A stretch of DNA of 64,000 nucleotides from Octopus vulgaris (Eukaryota). Below the pieces are notes generated by a model, which saw nothing but the letters and a program-made list of their open reading frames with translations, was not told the origin of the DNA and did no database searches. The DNA lies in assembly GCA_951406725.2 (NCBI GenBank), contig OX597824.1, positions 20,522,001 to 20,586,000 on the forward strand, read 5' to 3'. Each line of letters begins with the position of its first letter. The first letter of the stretch is position 1. The position numbers and the translations under genes are program-made. This document shows, piece after piece, positions 40,566 through 53,875 of the stretch.

Positions 40566-43269
40566 ATATATTATCTAATTTGTCCTTTCTATTTAAAAAT
40601 GGTGGAATTTGGCTTTAGGTATATATGGGTACTATGTTCTAGCAGGTAGACAGCGTAAAGGTTTCTTTATTGCCTCGTGACGTTCATATTTTCCCCCAAA
40701 GTATTAACAAACATATGAAATATGTAAGCCGAAACCGTTACAATCAAGAACAGCAGAACCAGTTTAGCAAGTGTTTACTTTCGTTTTAGATATCTGTTAC
40801 ATTACACACCTGTGCGCAATTTCCACTCGCAGCTTGTATCAAAATACATATAATGTTCTCCCTAATTGGACAGGCCAAGCCCAAATTCAGTTCTACGAAA
40901 TGATGATGAAGGCCATTTTTTCTCCACTAATTCGGCATACTCACGAAGCTCGACGTACCGAGGGACCCCTGAGATTAGTGAGAGAGATGGATATTTTCCC
41001 AACCTATCTTTTCTCATTCTTTTTCCCCCACTACCTTTACTAATTCGTTTATTTTTTCTGATGAAGGATTAGTGTCCGAAGCGTCAAGGTATTTTCCCTT
41101 TTTTTAAGCATTAAGCTAATACATTTGTTAAAACTCCCAAAATATCAAACTGGATTACTGCCCTTGCAACCAAGTGGACTTCACTAAAATTAGACAAATG
41201 CTAGAGATGGCGTTAAATTAAACAGCAGATTTTAGTCTGCCACCTAAGAAGTTCGCGGCGTGATTTGAACTCACAACACAAATTGCTGGAACAAATACCG
41301 CAAAGTATCACACTACCGTTTCCGCCAGTCAACTATTCCGGCATTTTATTTACCCACCCCGGAAGGAAGGAAGGCAAGGAAGGCCACGGCAGAAACTGAA
41401 CTCATAACACAAGGATCCAAAATAAACCTGGAAAGAAATTTAACACAACCTTCTAACGCCTCAGCCAATTCGCTGCGAAAGTAGCGACGCTGATTGTGAA
41501 AATCGTATTTGCATTAAATATGTAGAACACTCACCCGAGATATTTCCCATTAAACTATATTGTGAAATTAATATTATGCGCCTCATTGTCACGTTCATGT
41601 TTGACCTTGACTCTGAAAAATATATTAACACAGAATCGACCCATACGTGACTTTAGCTTTATAGAAAATGTAAATATTTATTACTGTTCACCATACACAA
41701 GAATAGTAATTATAATTTGACCAATAGTATTAATGAAATTCGTGTTATATTTCAGTGGTATTTCGGGTTTATTGTTCTAGCAATGTCGATCATGTCTTTT
41801 CTGCTATTAATCCGTCTTTCATAATTCAAAATCTGGGCATTCACCATCAGACATGAATGCTACTCCCTTGTGTGTTTCCCAGTTTGTGTGTTTTCCCAGT
41901 TTTCAACCCCTGATATAATTTTATGAAATGTTTTATTAATAGAACATCTATATACTCAATGTAATTCTTTTCTTCATACACGGGTATGGCAGCATATAGA
42001 GAATTTGAGACACGAATCTACTGGAGTTTGCAAGAGATACATTGAACGAGACTGCTAGAGATAGACACACTGCGCTTCAGTTTCACACAACTCGGAATAA
42101 ACTGACGAAATATCCGGACAAAGAGAGAAAACGTATATTGCCAATTGGTAGAGAATCTAATTTGTAAAGTACTGAGATTTTGAAAGCTCTCCTCTCCTTG
42201 TGATTTTACTACAGACACCTGGAGCGATCTCATCACAGCAGCTGAAAACTGAGACTGCAATGTCAAAGGTATGGAAGATGCATTAAAGATGAGTTTGGTT
42301 CAGTCTGTTGAATTTGATAAGAGACATCAAGGATGACTCTAGATAGAGAAACCTATACGGCATTTCAAATCTATGATCTGTTCGTTTCAATGTTACCGTT
42401 TTGTGAATCCCCAATCCTTTGAGACGGCAGAGAAGTGGCAGAGTCGATAGAGAATCGGATATAATGCCTCTCCGTGCTTTTTCCAACTCTCTGCATTCCG
42501 AGTTCATATCCCTGCTAAGTACAGGTCGTCGCTTTTCATTCTTTCGGGGTTCAGTATATAAAAAGGGCCAATCCAGCGCAATGGAGTGGTGGAACTGCTA
42601 GAGCACAAAACGCGATACCCTGCAGCATCTGTTCCAACTCTCTGCGTTCCGCTCAAGTACACTCTGCCTTTCATTCTTTTCGGGGTTGATAAAAAAAGGA
42701 CCAATCTGGAGCAGCAGAATTGTCAGATGTAACGCCTTATGATATCTGTTCCAACCCTTAGCACTCCAAGTTCAAATCTTGCCGACGTACACATCGCTTT
42801 TCATTCCTTTCAGGGTCTATAAAAAGAATTATCAATCTAGGGTAGTGGAGTTACCGAACTTTTAGAGAGCTAGATGCGATTTCCTGTGGCATCTGCTCCA
42901 AGCCTCTGCGTTCCGAGTTCAAATATTGCTGCGATATACTTCGCTTCACGTTCTTTCAGGAGTCGATAAAAAAAAAAAAAGAATCTTGGCGAAACTGTTA
43001 GAGTACCGGACACGATACCTCGTGGTAATTATTCTGACCATTTGCGTCCTGACAACAGTGCCTGGTGTCATGCATTACCGATCTTAGGGCGGCAGCCCAT
43101 CCCTATAAATAATATCGGTGACGTGGAAAGGAGACATTCGTAGGTCAGTGTGCCTTGCCCAGGCCTGCCTGTGCATACAGATTCATATACATGGGCGACC
43201 CTGACCGACGGCAGGACCAGATTCATTCGGATTATTCTAAAACTACAGGTTGTCTAGGGCAGAAGATCA

Positions 43270-43493
43270 TGGCCGAAATCAGATCGCCATGTTGATTCGC
43301 TAGCCTCTGCACGCATTTTTTCTCTCCTTGTTTCTCTTCTTGTGTTTCTTTTCTGTATATCTTTCTGTTGAAGAGCGTAGGCTCGAAACGTAAAAGACTT
43401 GTTTTATTTATATTCCTGAGCACCATACTAATACAATTGTTTGTTTGTATTCCACCTGCCTTCGTCTTTTGTTTATTTTCATAAAGCTTCCCG

Positions 43494-43495
<2 letters not shown>
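43270..43495 (+). mobile_element. Penelope-like terminal remnant with a hammerhead-like motif
   Basis: CTGTTGA-A-GAGC-GTAG-GCTC-GAAA-CGT at 43365-43391; runs into (TA)n. Confidence 0.55.
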
Positions 43496-43546
<51 letters not shown>

Positions 43547-43803
43547 TACATATATACATGCATGAATATATCTTTTATCATTTATCTTTTACTTATTTCA
43601 ATCATTTGACTGCGGCCATGCTGGGGCATTGCCTCAAAGAGAATTATTTTTTAAAGTCTAGTATAATAAAATAAACATATACAAATTATAAAAATGTAGA
43701 AAAAATAAACACTACAGAACTGTTTCTACCGTGGATTTTCACATATTGCGGGGGTTTGTGAACATAACACCCGCAACAGTCGAGAGATTACCGTGTGTGT
43801 ATA

Positions 43804-43857
<54 letters not shown>

Positions 43858-43907
43858 TACTCACACATATATGTATATATATATATACACACACATACAT
43901 GTATGCA

Positions 43908-43940
<33 letters not shown>

Positions 43941-45199
43941 AACACACCCATGTATATATATGTAAATTGGCCAATGAGAGGTGGGGTTAAGCTAGTACAA
44001 CTAATAGTTCAGGGGTCCGGGAAATCGAGGAGGGACTCGTCAGATATTCACGAGACCCTTCCAAACTCACATACAACCGACAGTCCCACTTAAATTTTTT
44101 TTTTGAAAGGGGGACCATCCTCGCCCCTGGAGCCCGAAAGCACTCTTGTTCCGCTTTGCAAACATTCCTCCCATAAGCCCGTACACATACATATGCGTTC
44201 GTACACCTGCTGCACTTCCTCTTCAAATATATTACACCTTTAATTATTATTAGCAGCAGAAATAATGGTAAATAGAGTAGCTTAGTACAGCAACCTATTC
44301 CAATTAGCGTTCAACCAATAAAATTTCATTTATCTTAATCATTTTGTTATACTTGTTTACTTTCTAATTTATCTCTCTTTATCTTTTACTTGTTTCAGGC
44401 ATTGAACTGCGGCCATGCTGGGGCATCGCCTTGGAGGCTTTTGCCGAAATGGTACACCGTTATTTTCACGGGGACAGAAACAAACTAACGCTGGTTGTGA
44501 AGCGATGTAGAGGGGGAAACACACACGCACACGCGCAAGCACTCAAATTCACACATACACACACGCACAACCACACACACACAAATACATACAACACACA
44601 AACACATTAGTATTAAAAAGGCGGCGAGAAGGCAGACACGTTAGCACACCGGACAAAATGCTTAGTAGCATTTCGTCCGTCTTCACATTTTGAGTTCAAA
44701 TTCCACCAAGGTTGACTTTACTTTTCATCCGTTCGGGGGTCGAAGAAAGAAGTACCAGTTGAGCACTGGGTTCGATCTAATCGATTTCCCCTCTCCTTCA
44801 GGATTCGTGCCTTTAATAGAAAGTCAAGTGCTCTTGTAACTGTGCCTCCTTCTTGTAGTCACTCCGTGAATGTGCCGCTGGGGAAAAGAGAAGGGGAACC
44901 GAAAAGAAGATGTTTATGTTTACTAGCGACTATATAGGCACCTAAAAGAATTAGCGAAAGCATGGTACAAGTTACCATTCGCGGGTGACGGCTAGCTCGA
45001 CACCATTTAAGAAGTTTCCTCCTTACTATAATGAACCCATGTATAGGAAAGTGAGATGTTGAACTGTTCCCGTTTTCTCTGAACAAATGTTATTGAAGTT
45101 CAATTCTCAAGCAATCTCTGAGGGAGTAGACCTATGACATGAGGCGTTCCAGCCGTTAATATCCAATCTTTATCTAGCCCAATGTACCTATTTCTTTAC

Positions 45200-45537
45200 T
45201 ACCCACCGAGGTCGACTTTACCTTTCATCCTTTCGGGGTCGATTAAATAAGTACCAGTTACGCACTGGGGTCTACGTAATCGACTTAATCCGTTTGTCAG
45301 TTCTTGTTTGTCCCCTCTGTGTTTAGCCCCTTGTGGGTAGTAAAGAAATAAGTATTTCGTCTGCCGCTACGTTCTGAGTTCAAATTCCGCCGAGGTCGAC
45401 TTTGCCTTTCATCCTTTCGGGGTCGATTAAATAAGTACCAGTTACGCACTGGGGTCGATGTAATCGACTTAATCCGTCTGTCTGTCTGTCCTTGTTTGTC
45501 CCCTCTGTGTTTAGCCCCTCGTGGGTAGTAAAGAGAT
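45200..45537 (+). mobile_element. SINE family B dimer, 5' truncated
   Basis: Junction GAAATAAGTATTTC at 45345-45358. Confidence 0.85.
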
Positions 45538-46160
45538 ATGTATGCATGCGTGTGTGCGTGCGTGCATGGTTACGTGAGTGTTTTTAACCGGGAATCGTGT
45601 CAAACACACAAAGTTAACAAAAGACGCGGGAAACTCAATAAAAAAATACAATAAAATAAATAAAGTGCAATGAAAAGCCGATAAGTATGTATGTATTGTT
45701 TACAGTAGAAGGAGTTGTTTTTGTGAAACCTTTTCTATTCACAGTCATAGGACCGCTAGCAAGTAATATACCGACCGTCGCGCTGTATAATATATCCACT
45801 TGTTTTATTGTTAGCGAACAGCTGCCAGGAAATGTTTATATTCAGGTATATAACAACAGAGAGACGGGTGGGATAAGGGGTTCGTCGGGTAGCTTACTTT
45901 TAGATAGTTCACACACTACATTGAATAGCAGCTAGCGAGAGAAAGAGAGACAGAGAGACGGGTGGAGAGAGAAAGTCCAACATTATTTCGCTTCGTTTCT
46001 CCTAAGAGTAAGTGACTTCTTAGTAGACCTGCACTTGTTTATTTTAGAGGGAAATTTAATCTGAAGATTCTTTCAAACTCGACTGCGTCGCCTAACACCC
46101 GTATATCTCTTTCCGTTACGAACATTTCAATTTCTCCTGATTGACAGGCAGTAAAATTGA

Positions 46161-46207
<47 letters not shown>

Positions 46208-46209
46208 CG

Positions 46210-46260
<51 letters not shown>

Positions 46261-46284
46261 GTCTATCTATCCGTCTGTCTATCC

Positions 46285-46351
<67 letters not shown>

Positions 46352-46385
46352 CGTCTATCTATCTATCTATCTATCTATCCGTCTG

Positions 46386-46427
<42 letters not shown>

Positions 46428-46520
46428 CGTCCGTCTGTCTATCTATCTATCTATCTGTCCATGTGTCTGTCTATCTGTCTATTCATATGTCTATCTGTCC
46501 ATCCGTCTGTCTGTCTATCT
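46161..46520 (+). repeat. (ATCT)n/(GTCT)n tetranucleotide microsatellite
   Basis: Direct reading. Confidence 0.95.
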
Positions 46521-47520
46521 GAGGCCGAAGAAGGGCGAATGGCACCGCAAGTGTCGCTTTGCTCTCAAGCAACTCTGCCGTCCCGGGTCGACATTGAGCG
46601 ACTTTAACATAACCAAAGCATTCTATAGGGGACGAGGAATACCTGACCCGCCTGTTCAAGACGACTTTCGGGCCGGGACCTATGGACAACTTCCAAAAAT
46701 CCCTGGCCTGGTGGTGCTACCGAGAAGCGCTACCCGTTCGGGATAAGCTCTATAGGCATGGCTCGAGAAACACGGGGCCGACCTGCCCGAGATGAGGTTA
46801 GAGCGACGAAACCGTTCTGCACGCACTCGTGCAGTGTCCAACCATTTCTGACCTGTGGGCTTATGTCGAACGACTGCTGTCACGTGTGGGACGAGTCGGT
46901 TTACCAGCCGAGTCTATCATCAATATCGTCACGCCTCCTTCCTTCAAACGGGAAGGAAGAGCTATTTTCATCATACTTGTGACTATGGCGAAAGAATGTA
47001 TCTGGTGGACGCGTCTGAAAGGATTAGAGACAAACACTTTCTTCTCTGGTCAATCTCTCATCAACTTCTTCAAGTATCACTTGAAGAGGAAAGTGAGAGT
47101 AGAGAGGCAAGTTTTGTCTAGCGAATGTTTCAAAAAAAGATGGGTAAATGTAGCAAGGATGGCACGTATGAATGACGAATCCACCTTGAGCATAATCCTA
47201 TGAACCCGGAAAATTAAAACAGAGAGTTACTTACTTGCAAATAAATGTGTTAACATGTGACATTATTGACCGAGGTTAGCGTGGTCTTTTCCGTAGGCTT
47301 TTCTTTCCACGGATAAACCTTATCTGTTTCCCCCTTTACACTTTACATCATAACATTTCTGTGATACACGATCCCTATTGATCGTTTTTTTCTTTCTTTT
47401 TTACGATCCCTTTTGATCGAAAAACCTACCCCACTTTCTTTTCTCTCCCCCAAAAGAAAAGCTCTACTTTGTAATTTGTCTCCTCTGTGTTCAGCCCTGT
47501 ATGGCTAATAAAGAAACATA
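46520..47520 (+). mobile_element. 5'-truncated Tx1/L1-like LINE (ORF2 C-terminus with CCHC zinc knuckle, and 3' UTR), disabled
   Basis: Translation ...[14 protein letters not shown]...TCPR*G*SDETVLHALVQCPTISDLW...AKECIWWTR...FKKRW. In-frame stops. The 3' UTR ends GCTAATAAAGAAAC. Flanked by (ATCT)n. Confidence 0.8.
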
Positions 47521-47622
47521 TATGTCTATCTATCTATCTGGTGTCTGTCAATCGATCTACTGATTGACCGTTCGTTAGACAGTTGCAAGAATACTGTCCG
47601 ATGAGCGGTCAGGTGTAAACTT

Positions 47623-48578
47623 GAAAAGGAAAATTACAAGAAACTGAAAGAAATGTGTGGAGGGATCTTTTCGGTTTGACGGGCAGTTTTTTAAAATAAT
47701 TTCCGCGTAACTAAACACTTTTAAACTTCGTATACTGGTAGAATGTGTTTATAAAACATCTTTTTCTCTTGGCTTTATTGAGAACATTCTATAGTTTGTA
47801 AGATATTTGTTGTTTTTTCTTCAATTTCTGCAATTTCAACCAATCAATGACGTCTATTGAGGTAAAAAAAAACATTCCGTGCCGTATGAATATGTCCCTC
47901 GTTTAAGAAACAGATTGGGTTTATTTACATTTCTGAAGAAAAAAATTATACTCTTCCCCCACTCCTAATTAACCCTAAAAGAGATTGAAATCGATACTAG
48001 GGTCATAATTATGGGTGACAATTTCATATGACACCGCTAGAAAAACTGCCGTTCAAACCGAAAAGATCCGGAGATAGTATTGACCCACCAGGAGTAAGGG
48101 TGGAATTCAAAGAATTGCCACCAGTAGTGGATTTAATAGAAATTGAACCATTGATGAAGTACTACTAAAAAGAAAAAAAGTATGTTAAATAGACAGGAAA
48201 AAAAAAAGAAAAAGAAAAAAAAGAAAAAGGAGAAAAAAGGGAAAAAGAAAGAGCCAGGTGTTTAATATTATGTTTTTTAAAAAAATATTGAAAAATAGAG
48301 GAACAATTGTAGATAATGTATATAAAGGTTCAAATACTTGCAAGGTAAGTAGCATGATAATTGTTATGCAAATGCATGATAAAAATGGACTGTAGTAAAA
48401 AAAAAATATATTAATGGTACTGCACGTGAGGAGGGGCGCATGCAGCCATTCATAACCTCATTGTTATATAATCATCTCATTAATATTCGTTTTATGCATT
48501 GTCCCCTCTGTGGTGTCCTGTATGTCTGTCCTTGTTTGTCCCCCTCTATTTTGAGCCCCTGTGGCTAATAAAAAAATA
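47623..48578 (+). mobile_element. Retroelement 3' fragment with 16-bp TSD, interrupted by a MITE
   Basis: GGTCAGGTGTAAACTT at 47607-47622 and 48579-48594; tail TGTCCTTGTTTGTCCCC...GCCCCTGTGGCTAATAAA. Confidence 0.75.
47663..48069. mobile_element. Same MITE family nested in a retroelement 3' fragment
   Basis: TIRs present; only GGAG is duplicated at the flanks. Confidence 0.85.
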
Positions 48579-48674
48579 GGTCAGGTGTAAACTTATTTTC
48601 GGTTTTAATAAAGAGTAGTTTGCTCTACTTTTGGTATTCGAGTACTATTTTTCCACCTTGTTTTGCATTAATTG

Positions 48675-48719
<45 letters not shown>

Positions 48720-48884
48720 CGAGCTTCTTTCATTTTCCGTCCACCATATCTACTGCCAAGGTTTTGGTCAACCCGTGGCTTGCTCAAGGTGCCACGCAGT
48801 GCGACTGAACCCGGAACCATATAGTTGAGAAGCAAGGTTCTTACCACATAGCCACACACAAACATACGCGCGCACTTACATATA

Positions 48885-49110
48885 TATTTCTTTATTACCC
48901 ACAAGGGGCTAAACACAGAGGGGACAAACAAGGCCAGACAAAGGGATTAAGTCGATTAAATCGACCCCAGTGCGAAACTGGTACTTTACTTATCGACTCC
49001 GAAAGGATGAAAGGCAAAATCGACCTCGGCGGAATTTGAACTCAGAACATAACGGCAGACGAAATACCGCAAAGCATTTCGCCCGGCGTGCTAACGCTTC
49101 TGCCAGCTCG
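48885..49110 (-). mobile_element. SINE family B monomer
   Basis: Reverse complement of family B. Confidence 0.85.
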
Positions 49111-49129
49111 ATACAATCATACCTCACCC

Positions 49130-50050
49130 TACGTCGTTAATTGGTCCCTGGGGACACGACTTAGGTCGAAAAACAACTTAAGTCGAAATAACCATTATTC
49201 AAATGTATATACATGTAATACTTAAACCCTAGGCTAGCCTAGGTTGTTTTTATGTTATCCTACGAATTCGGCTGCTTTTATATTAGAAAGAAATAATTTC
49301 GAAATCTGTACTGTAGCCTACCTGATGGCTGACGTTGGTTTTACTTGTTGAGGGTGATGTAGGATGATGAGGAGGAAGAGATAACACTCTAGATGTCAAT
49401 GGTTGGGGATCGTCAGCTGACTCCTGTTGTGATGGTGTAGATCGATGTGCGAACTTGTCTGAAGTTCCTTGAAATGTCTCTTTTCTTCTTTATAGTGGAG
49501 GCACAATAGCCCAGTGGTTAGGGCAGCGGACTCGCGGTCGGAGGATCGCGGTTTCGATTCCCAGACCGGGCGTTGTGTGTGTTTATTGAGCGAAAACACC
49601 TAAAGCTCCACGAGGCTCCGGCAGGGGATGGTGGCGACCCCTGTTGTATTCTTTCGCCACAACTTTCTCTCACTCTTACTTCCTGTTTCTGTTGTACCTG
49701 TATTTCAAAGGGCCGGCCTTGTCACTCTCTGTGTCACGCTGAATATCCCTGAGAACTACGTTAAGGGTGCACGTGTCTGTGGAGTGCTCAGCCACTTACA
49801 CGTTAATTTCACGAGCAGGCTGTTCCGTTGATTCGGATCAACCGGAACCCTCATCGTCGTAACCGACGGAGTGCTTCCATTCTTCTTTACAAGGAGTAGG
49901 TAATAAGGTGCAATAGTATCTTGACAACCCCCCACCCAATATTTTTACAAAACGTTGTGAATTGGGATCCTTTTCCACAAATAAAGCAAGACATTTATCT
50001 AAATGAGAAAAAGCCTCTTGCATTTTCTTCAACGTAAAACGACGCGGCTC
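49130..50050 (-). mobile_element. Tigger/pogo-like DNA transposon relic
   Basis: Minus-strand MQEAFSHLDKCLALFVEKDPNSQRFVKI, continuing past the SINE as YKEEK...QTS, typical of Tigger transposase C-termini. (A)CTTAAGTCGA-type end motifs at about 49155-49190. Confidence 0.6.
49495..49880 (+). mobile_element. SINE family C nested in a Tigger relic
   Basis: Full family C sequence; TTCTTCTTTA on both flanks. Confidence 0.85.
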
Positions 50051-50247
50051 GGGATCAATGATGCATACTGTATTGTAACATTAATTTTGATATGCTATAC
50101 AGATTGTTTTTATTGTTGTTGTTTTTTTTATTTATTTATTTCCCGGATACGAATACGAAGGGAACCAATCGATACAACCCAGAACTAACAGTATAATATA
50201 CTATGAACGTTATTGCTGCTTTGCAAGGCGAAGTAAATTAATACTGT

Positions 50248-50332
50248 ACTATGTATTATCCCCTCTGTGGTGTCCTGTCTGTTCTTGTTTGTCCCCCTCT
50301 ATGTTTGGGCCCTTGTGGCTAATAAAGAAACC
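50248..50332 (+). mobile_element. 85-bp retroposed tail fragment with 15-bp TSD
   Basis: GTAAATTAATACTGT at 50233-50247 and 50333-50347; same tail as 48500-48578. Confidence 0.8.
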
Positions 50333-50433
50333 GTAAATTAATACTGTTTTTGATATTTATTTAATATTTTAGAAAGAAAGACGTATCTTCGGAAATGACG
50401 TAAGTCGAAACGGCTTAACCAGAGGTATACGTG

Positions 50434-50509
50434 TACACACACACGTACACACACACACATACATACACACACACACACACACACATACATACATACAAGC
50501 ATACATACA

Positions 50510-50603
<94 letters not shown>

Positions 50604-50784
50604 TACATACATACATACATACATACATACATACATACATACATACATACATACATACATACATACATACATACATACATACATACATACATACATACAT
50701 ACATACATACATACATACATACATACATACATACATACATACATACATACATACATACATACATACATACATACATACATACAT
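50434..50784 (+). repeat. (CA)n plus (CATA)n compound microsatellite
   Basis: Direct reading. Confidence 0.95.
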
Positions 50785-51280
50785 AGTGTTTACGTTTGCT
50801 TTGCAGTATTATCGATGAAATCCTACATTGAAACCTACTTTTGTAATTTGAGATAATGCGGCCTATTAAAAAAAAACACACACACACGCACATAATCGTT
50901 TTATTTCGTTCCATAATTAATTAGATAATTGTTTAACTGATTAGTCAATATTCTTTTGTCAAAGCCTGTGACCTTATCAAGGATATTGTTGTTCTTCACG
51001 CAGTCGTGCACCGCTTGTCCTTTGCTCTTCGTTCTGTGTCGATCCTCCAACACCAAGCAATGAGCTACGAATAAGAGGTGTCCGAGAGCGCGGACAAGAT
51101 AGAAGACGGGCACATCGTATTTGATAAAGTTACAGGCTGCGACGAAGTATTTTAACAAGTTAGTTTATCGACAACAAAATCTACTTATTAGTGAACTAAT
51201 CTAATTATTGAAAATAAAACTAAAATGAAAAACAACCAGTGCATATGTGCACTTTGGTGTGTGTGGGGGCTAACGTTTCT

Positions 51281-51700
51281 TATTTCTTTATTGGCCACAA
51301 GGGGCTAAACATAGAGAGGACAAACAAGGACAGACAAAGGGATTGAGTCGATTACACCGACCCCAGTGCGTAACTGGTACTTAATTTATCGACCCCGAAA
51401 AGATGAAAGGCAAAGTCGACCTCGGCGGAATTTGAACTCAGAACGCAACGGCAGAAGAAATACCTATTTCTTTACTACACACAAGAGGCTAAACACAGAG
51501 AGGACAAACAAGGACAGACAAAGGGATTGAGTCGATTACACCGACCCCAGTGCGTAACTACTGGTACTTAATTTATCGACCCCGAAAAGATGAAAGGCAA
51601 AGTCGACCTCGGCGGAATTTGAACTCAGAACGTAACGGCAGACGAAATACGGCTACGCATTTCGCCCGGCGTGCTAACGTTTCTGCCAGCTCACTGCCTT
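51281..51700 (-). mobile_element. SINE family B dimer
   Basis: Junction at 51457-51470 (GAAATACCTATTTC on the + strand). Confidence 0.85.
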
Positions 51701-52954
51701 AGGAGTAAAAGGTCTAGAAACATTAATGATGGCTCTATTATTACGAAGGTGGTTCAGAAAGTAATGCAATGTTTATTTGCATTACTTTTAGACTTACATT
51801 CGTTTATACGAAAGAAAATCAAAGAGGTAATGCAAATAATCATATAAATACTTTATGAAACGTATAATCCATTCGAATATAAGTACATGGCCTGAAATTT
51901 GAGGGGAGGGGGCTAGACGACTCCAGTACTCGACCGATGCCTATTTTATCGACCACCACAAGGGTGAAAGTCGAAGTCGACTTCGGCGGAATTTGAACTC
52001 AAAACGTTAGGACAGGGGAAAATGCCGCTAAGTATTGTGTCAGATATGCTAACGATTCTGCCGGTTCGCCTTTACACACACGCACGCGTGCGTGCGTGCG
52101 TGCGTGCGTGCGTGTGTGTGTGTGCGCGTGCGTACGTGTGTGCGTGCGTACACATACAAACATCTATGCATACATCGTAAGCAGCAAAGAGCACGGTGCA
52201 ATTAACAAGTGTTTCATTATTTAGCATTGCCACATTGAAACAAACCCCTCGCGCAAATGTAGGGCAACGATATAGGGACGTGCCCCCCCCCCACCCACCC
52301 TTATATGAACTGACAGTAGCTCTACTGCTTCAACATGAAATACCCATTAGCGCCCCACAAACCAAATAGTTTACCGCAATGACTCAGTAGTCAATATGAA
52401 AACTTACGCTGCAGGAGAACAGCACGAGTCTTTCACAACCTTAAATCCACGGAAATAGTCTCTGGTGTCGTCTCCACCACAAAATGCTACATAAGCTTTC
52501 ATCATTTATGGCCTTCATATGAAACATATATATATAGTTCGAAACGGAATTCATTTACCTCGCTTTTTCTCTTCTTTTTATTTTTCCTTCTGTTTTTTTC
52601 TTTTCTCTTTCGTAATTGTTCTCGAGATTTTTGAGATGTCGCTGCACAGTGTGTTCTTATTATTTTCGTAGCTTGTTTATTATGATTAGGCATCTCTGTA
52701 TTTTCTCACGTTTTGCTCCACAAAGAACCCTGCTGATCCAATAGTTGCTTCAGACTCAGCTGCGCAGCGATTCTAAAACTGAACACACAAACTTGCACTC
52801 CTGACACCAATCGCTTGCTTACTGTACCTTCTATCTTATAACAATACTCCATTATAACTACACTGCAACAGAACGTTTTTTTATTTCCTTTTTTTCTTCT
52901 TTGTTGCTGTTTTTTGAGATTCCATGCATGACCTCCTCGATTCAACGTATTTTC

Positions 52955-53014
<60 letters not shown>

Positions 53015-53017
<3 letters not shown>

Positions 53018-53221
53018 TTCTTTATTGCCCACAAGGGGCTAAACATAGAGAGGACAAACAAGGACAGACAAAGGGATTAAGTCGATTACATCGACCCCAG
53101 TGCGTAACTGGTACTTTTATTTATCGACCCCGAAAGGATGAAAGGCAAAGTCGACCTCGGCGGAATTTGAACGAAATACCGCTAAGCATTCCGCCCGGCG
53201 CGCTAACGTGTCTGCCAGCTC

Positions 53222-53224
<3 letters not shown>
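53015..53224 (-). mobile_element. SINE family B monomer (internal deletion)
   Basis: Reverse complement of family B. Confidence 0.8.
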
Positions 53225-53252
<28 letters not shown>

Positions 53253-53429
53253 GGAGAGAGAAGGATACAACAGTCTTCCACACAGTTTCCGTCTAACAAA
53301 TTCACTCACAAGGCACTGGTCGGTCCGAGGCTACTGTAGAAGACACTCGCCCCAAAAGCCCCGCAGTTGGGACTGAAACCGAAACCACGTTTTTGCAAAG
53401 CGATCTTCTTAACCACACAGGCATTCCTG

Positions 53430-53468
<39 letters not shown>

Positions 53469-53534
53469 ATTTTTTGCGTAATAAGATAAAAAAAAAACCA
53501 AGGCTGTATAGATATTAGAACATTTATAGATAGG

Positions 53535-53584
53535 TCTTACAGCTGTTTCCAGGATATTTATTTATTATATCCCTTCATCGGAGA
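53535..53584 (-). ncRNA. Minimal type I hammerhead-like motif (CCGATGA core variant)
   Basis: Minus strand TCT-CCGATGA-A-GGGATAT-loop-ATATCCT-G-GAAA-CAGCTG-TA-AGA; palindromic stem III ACAGCTGT. Confidence 0.55.
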
Positions 53585-53835
53585 TGGTGTGAGAGGATGG
53601 TTAAGTCATAGTTAGTTTAGATGTGATACAAAATAGAGAGTGAGGTGGAGGAAAGAAAATAGATGCAAGATATGTATTAACTATGGTCTGTCTGTAGCAC
53701 TTATTCAGCATTACCTGACACCTTTGGGTCTCAATGACACCATTATCTCATATATATATATACTAGCTGACGTACCCAATAATTCCCGGGAAAACGGGGC
53801 TTATCTCTTGGTTCCGTTCTCATAATTATTTCGCT

Positions 53836-53874
<39 letters not shown>

Positions 53875-53875
<1 letters not shown>

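Noticed and set aside
50338-50914. Long ORFs of YVCM, HTHT, YIYI or IYLS repeats here and across the window
   Set aside because: Translations of stop-free microsatellites.
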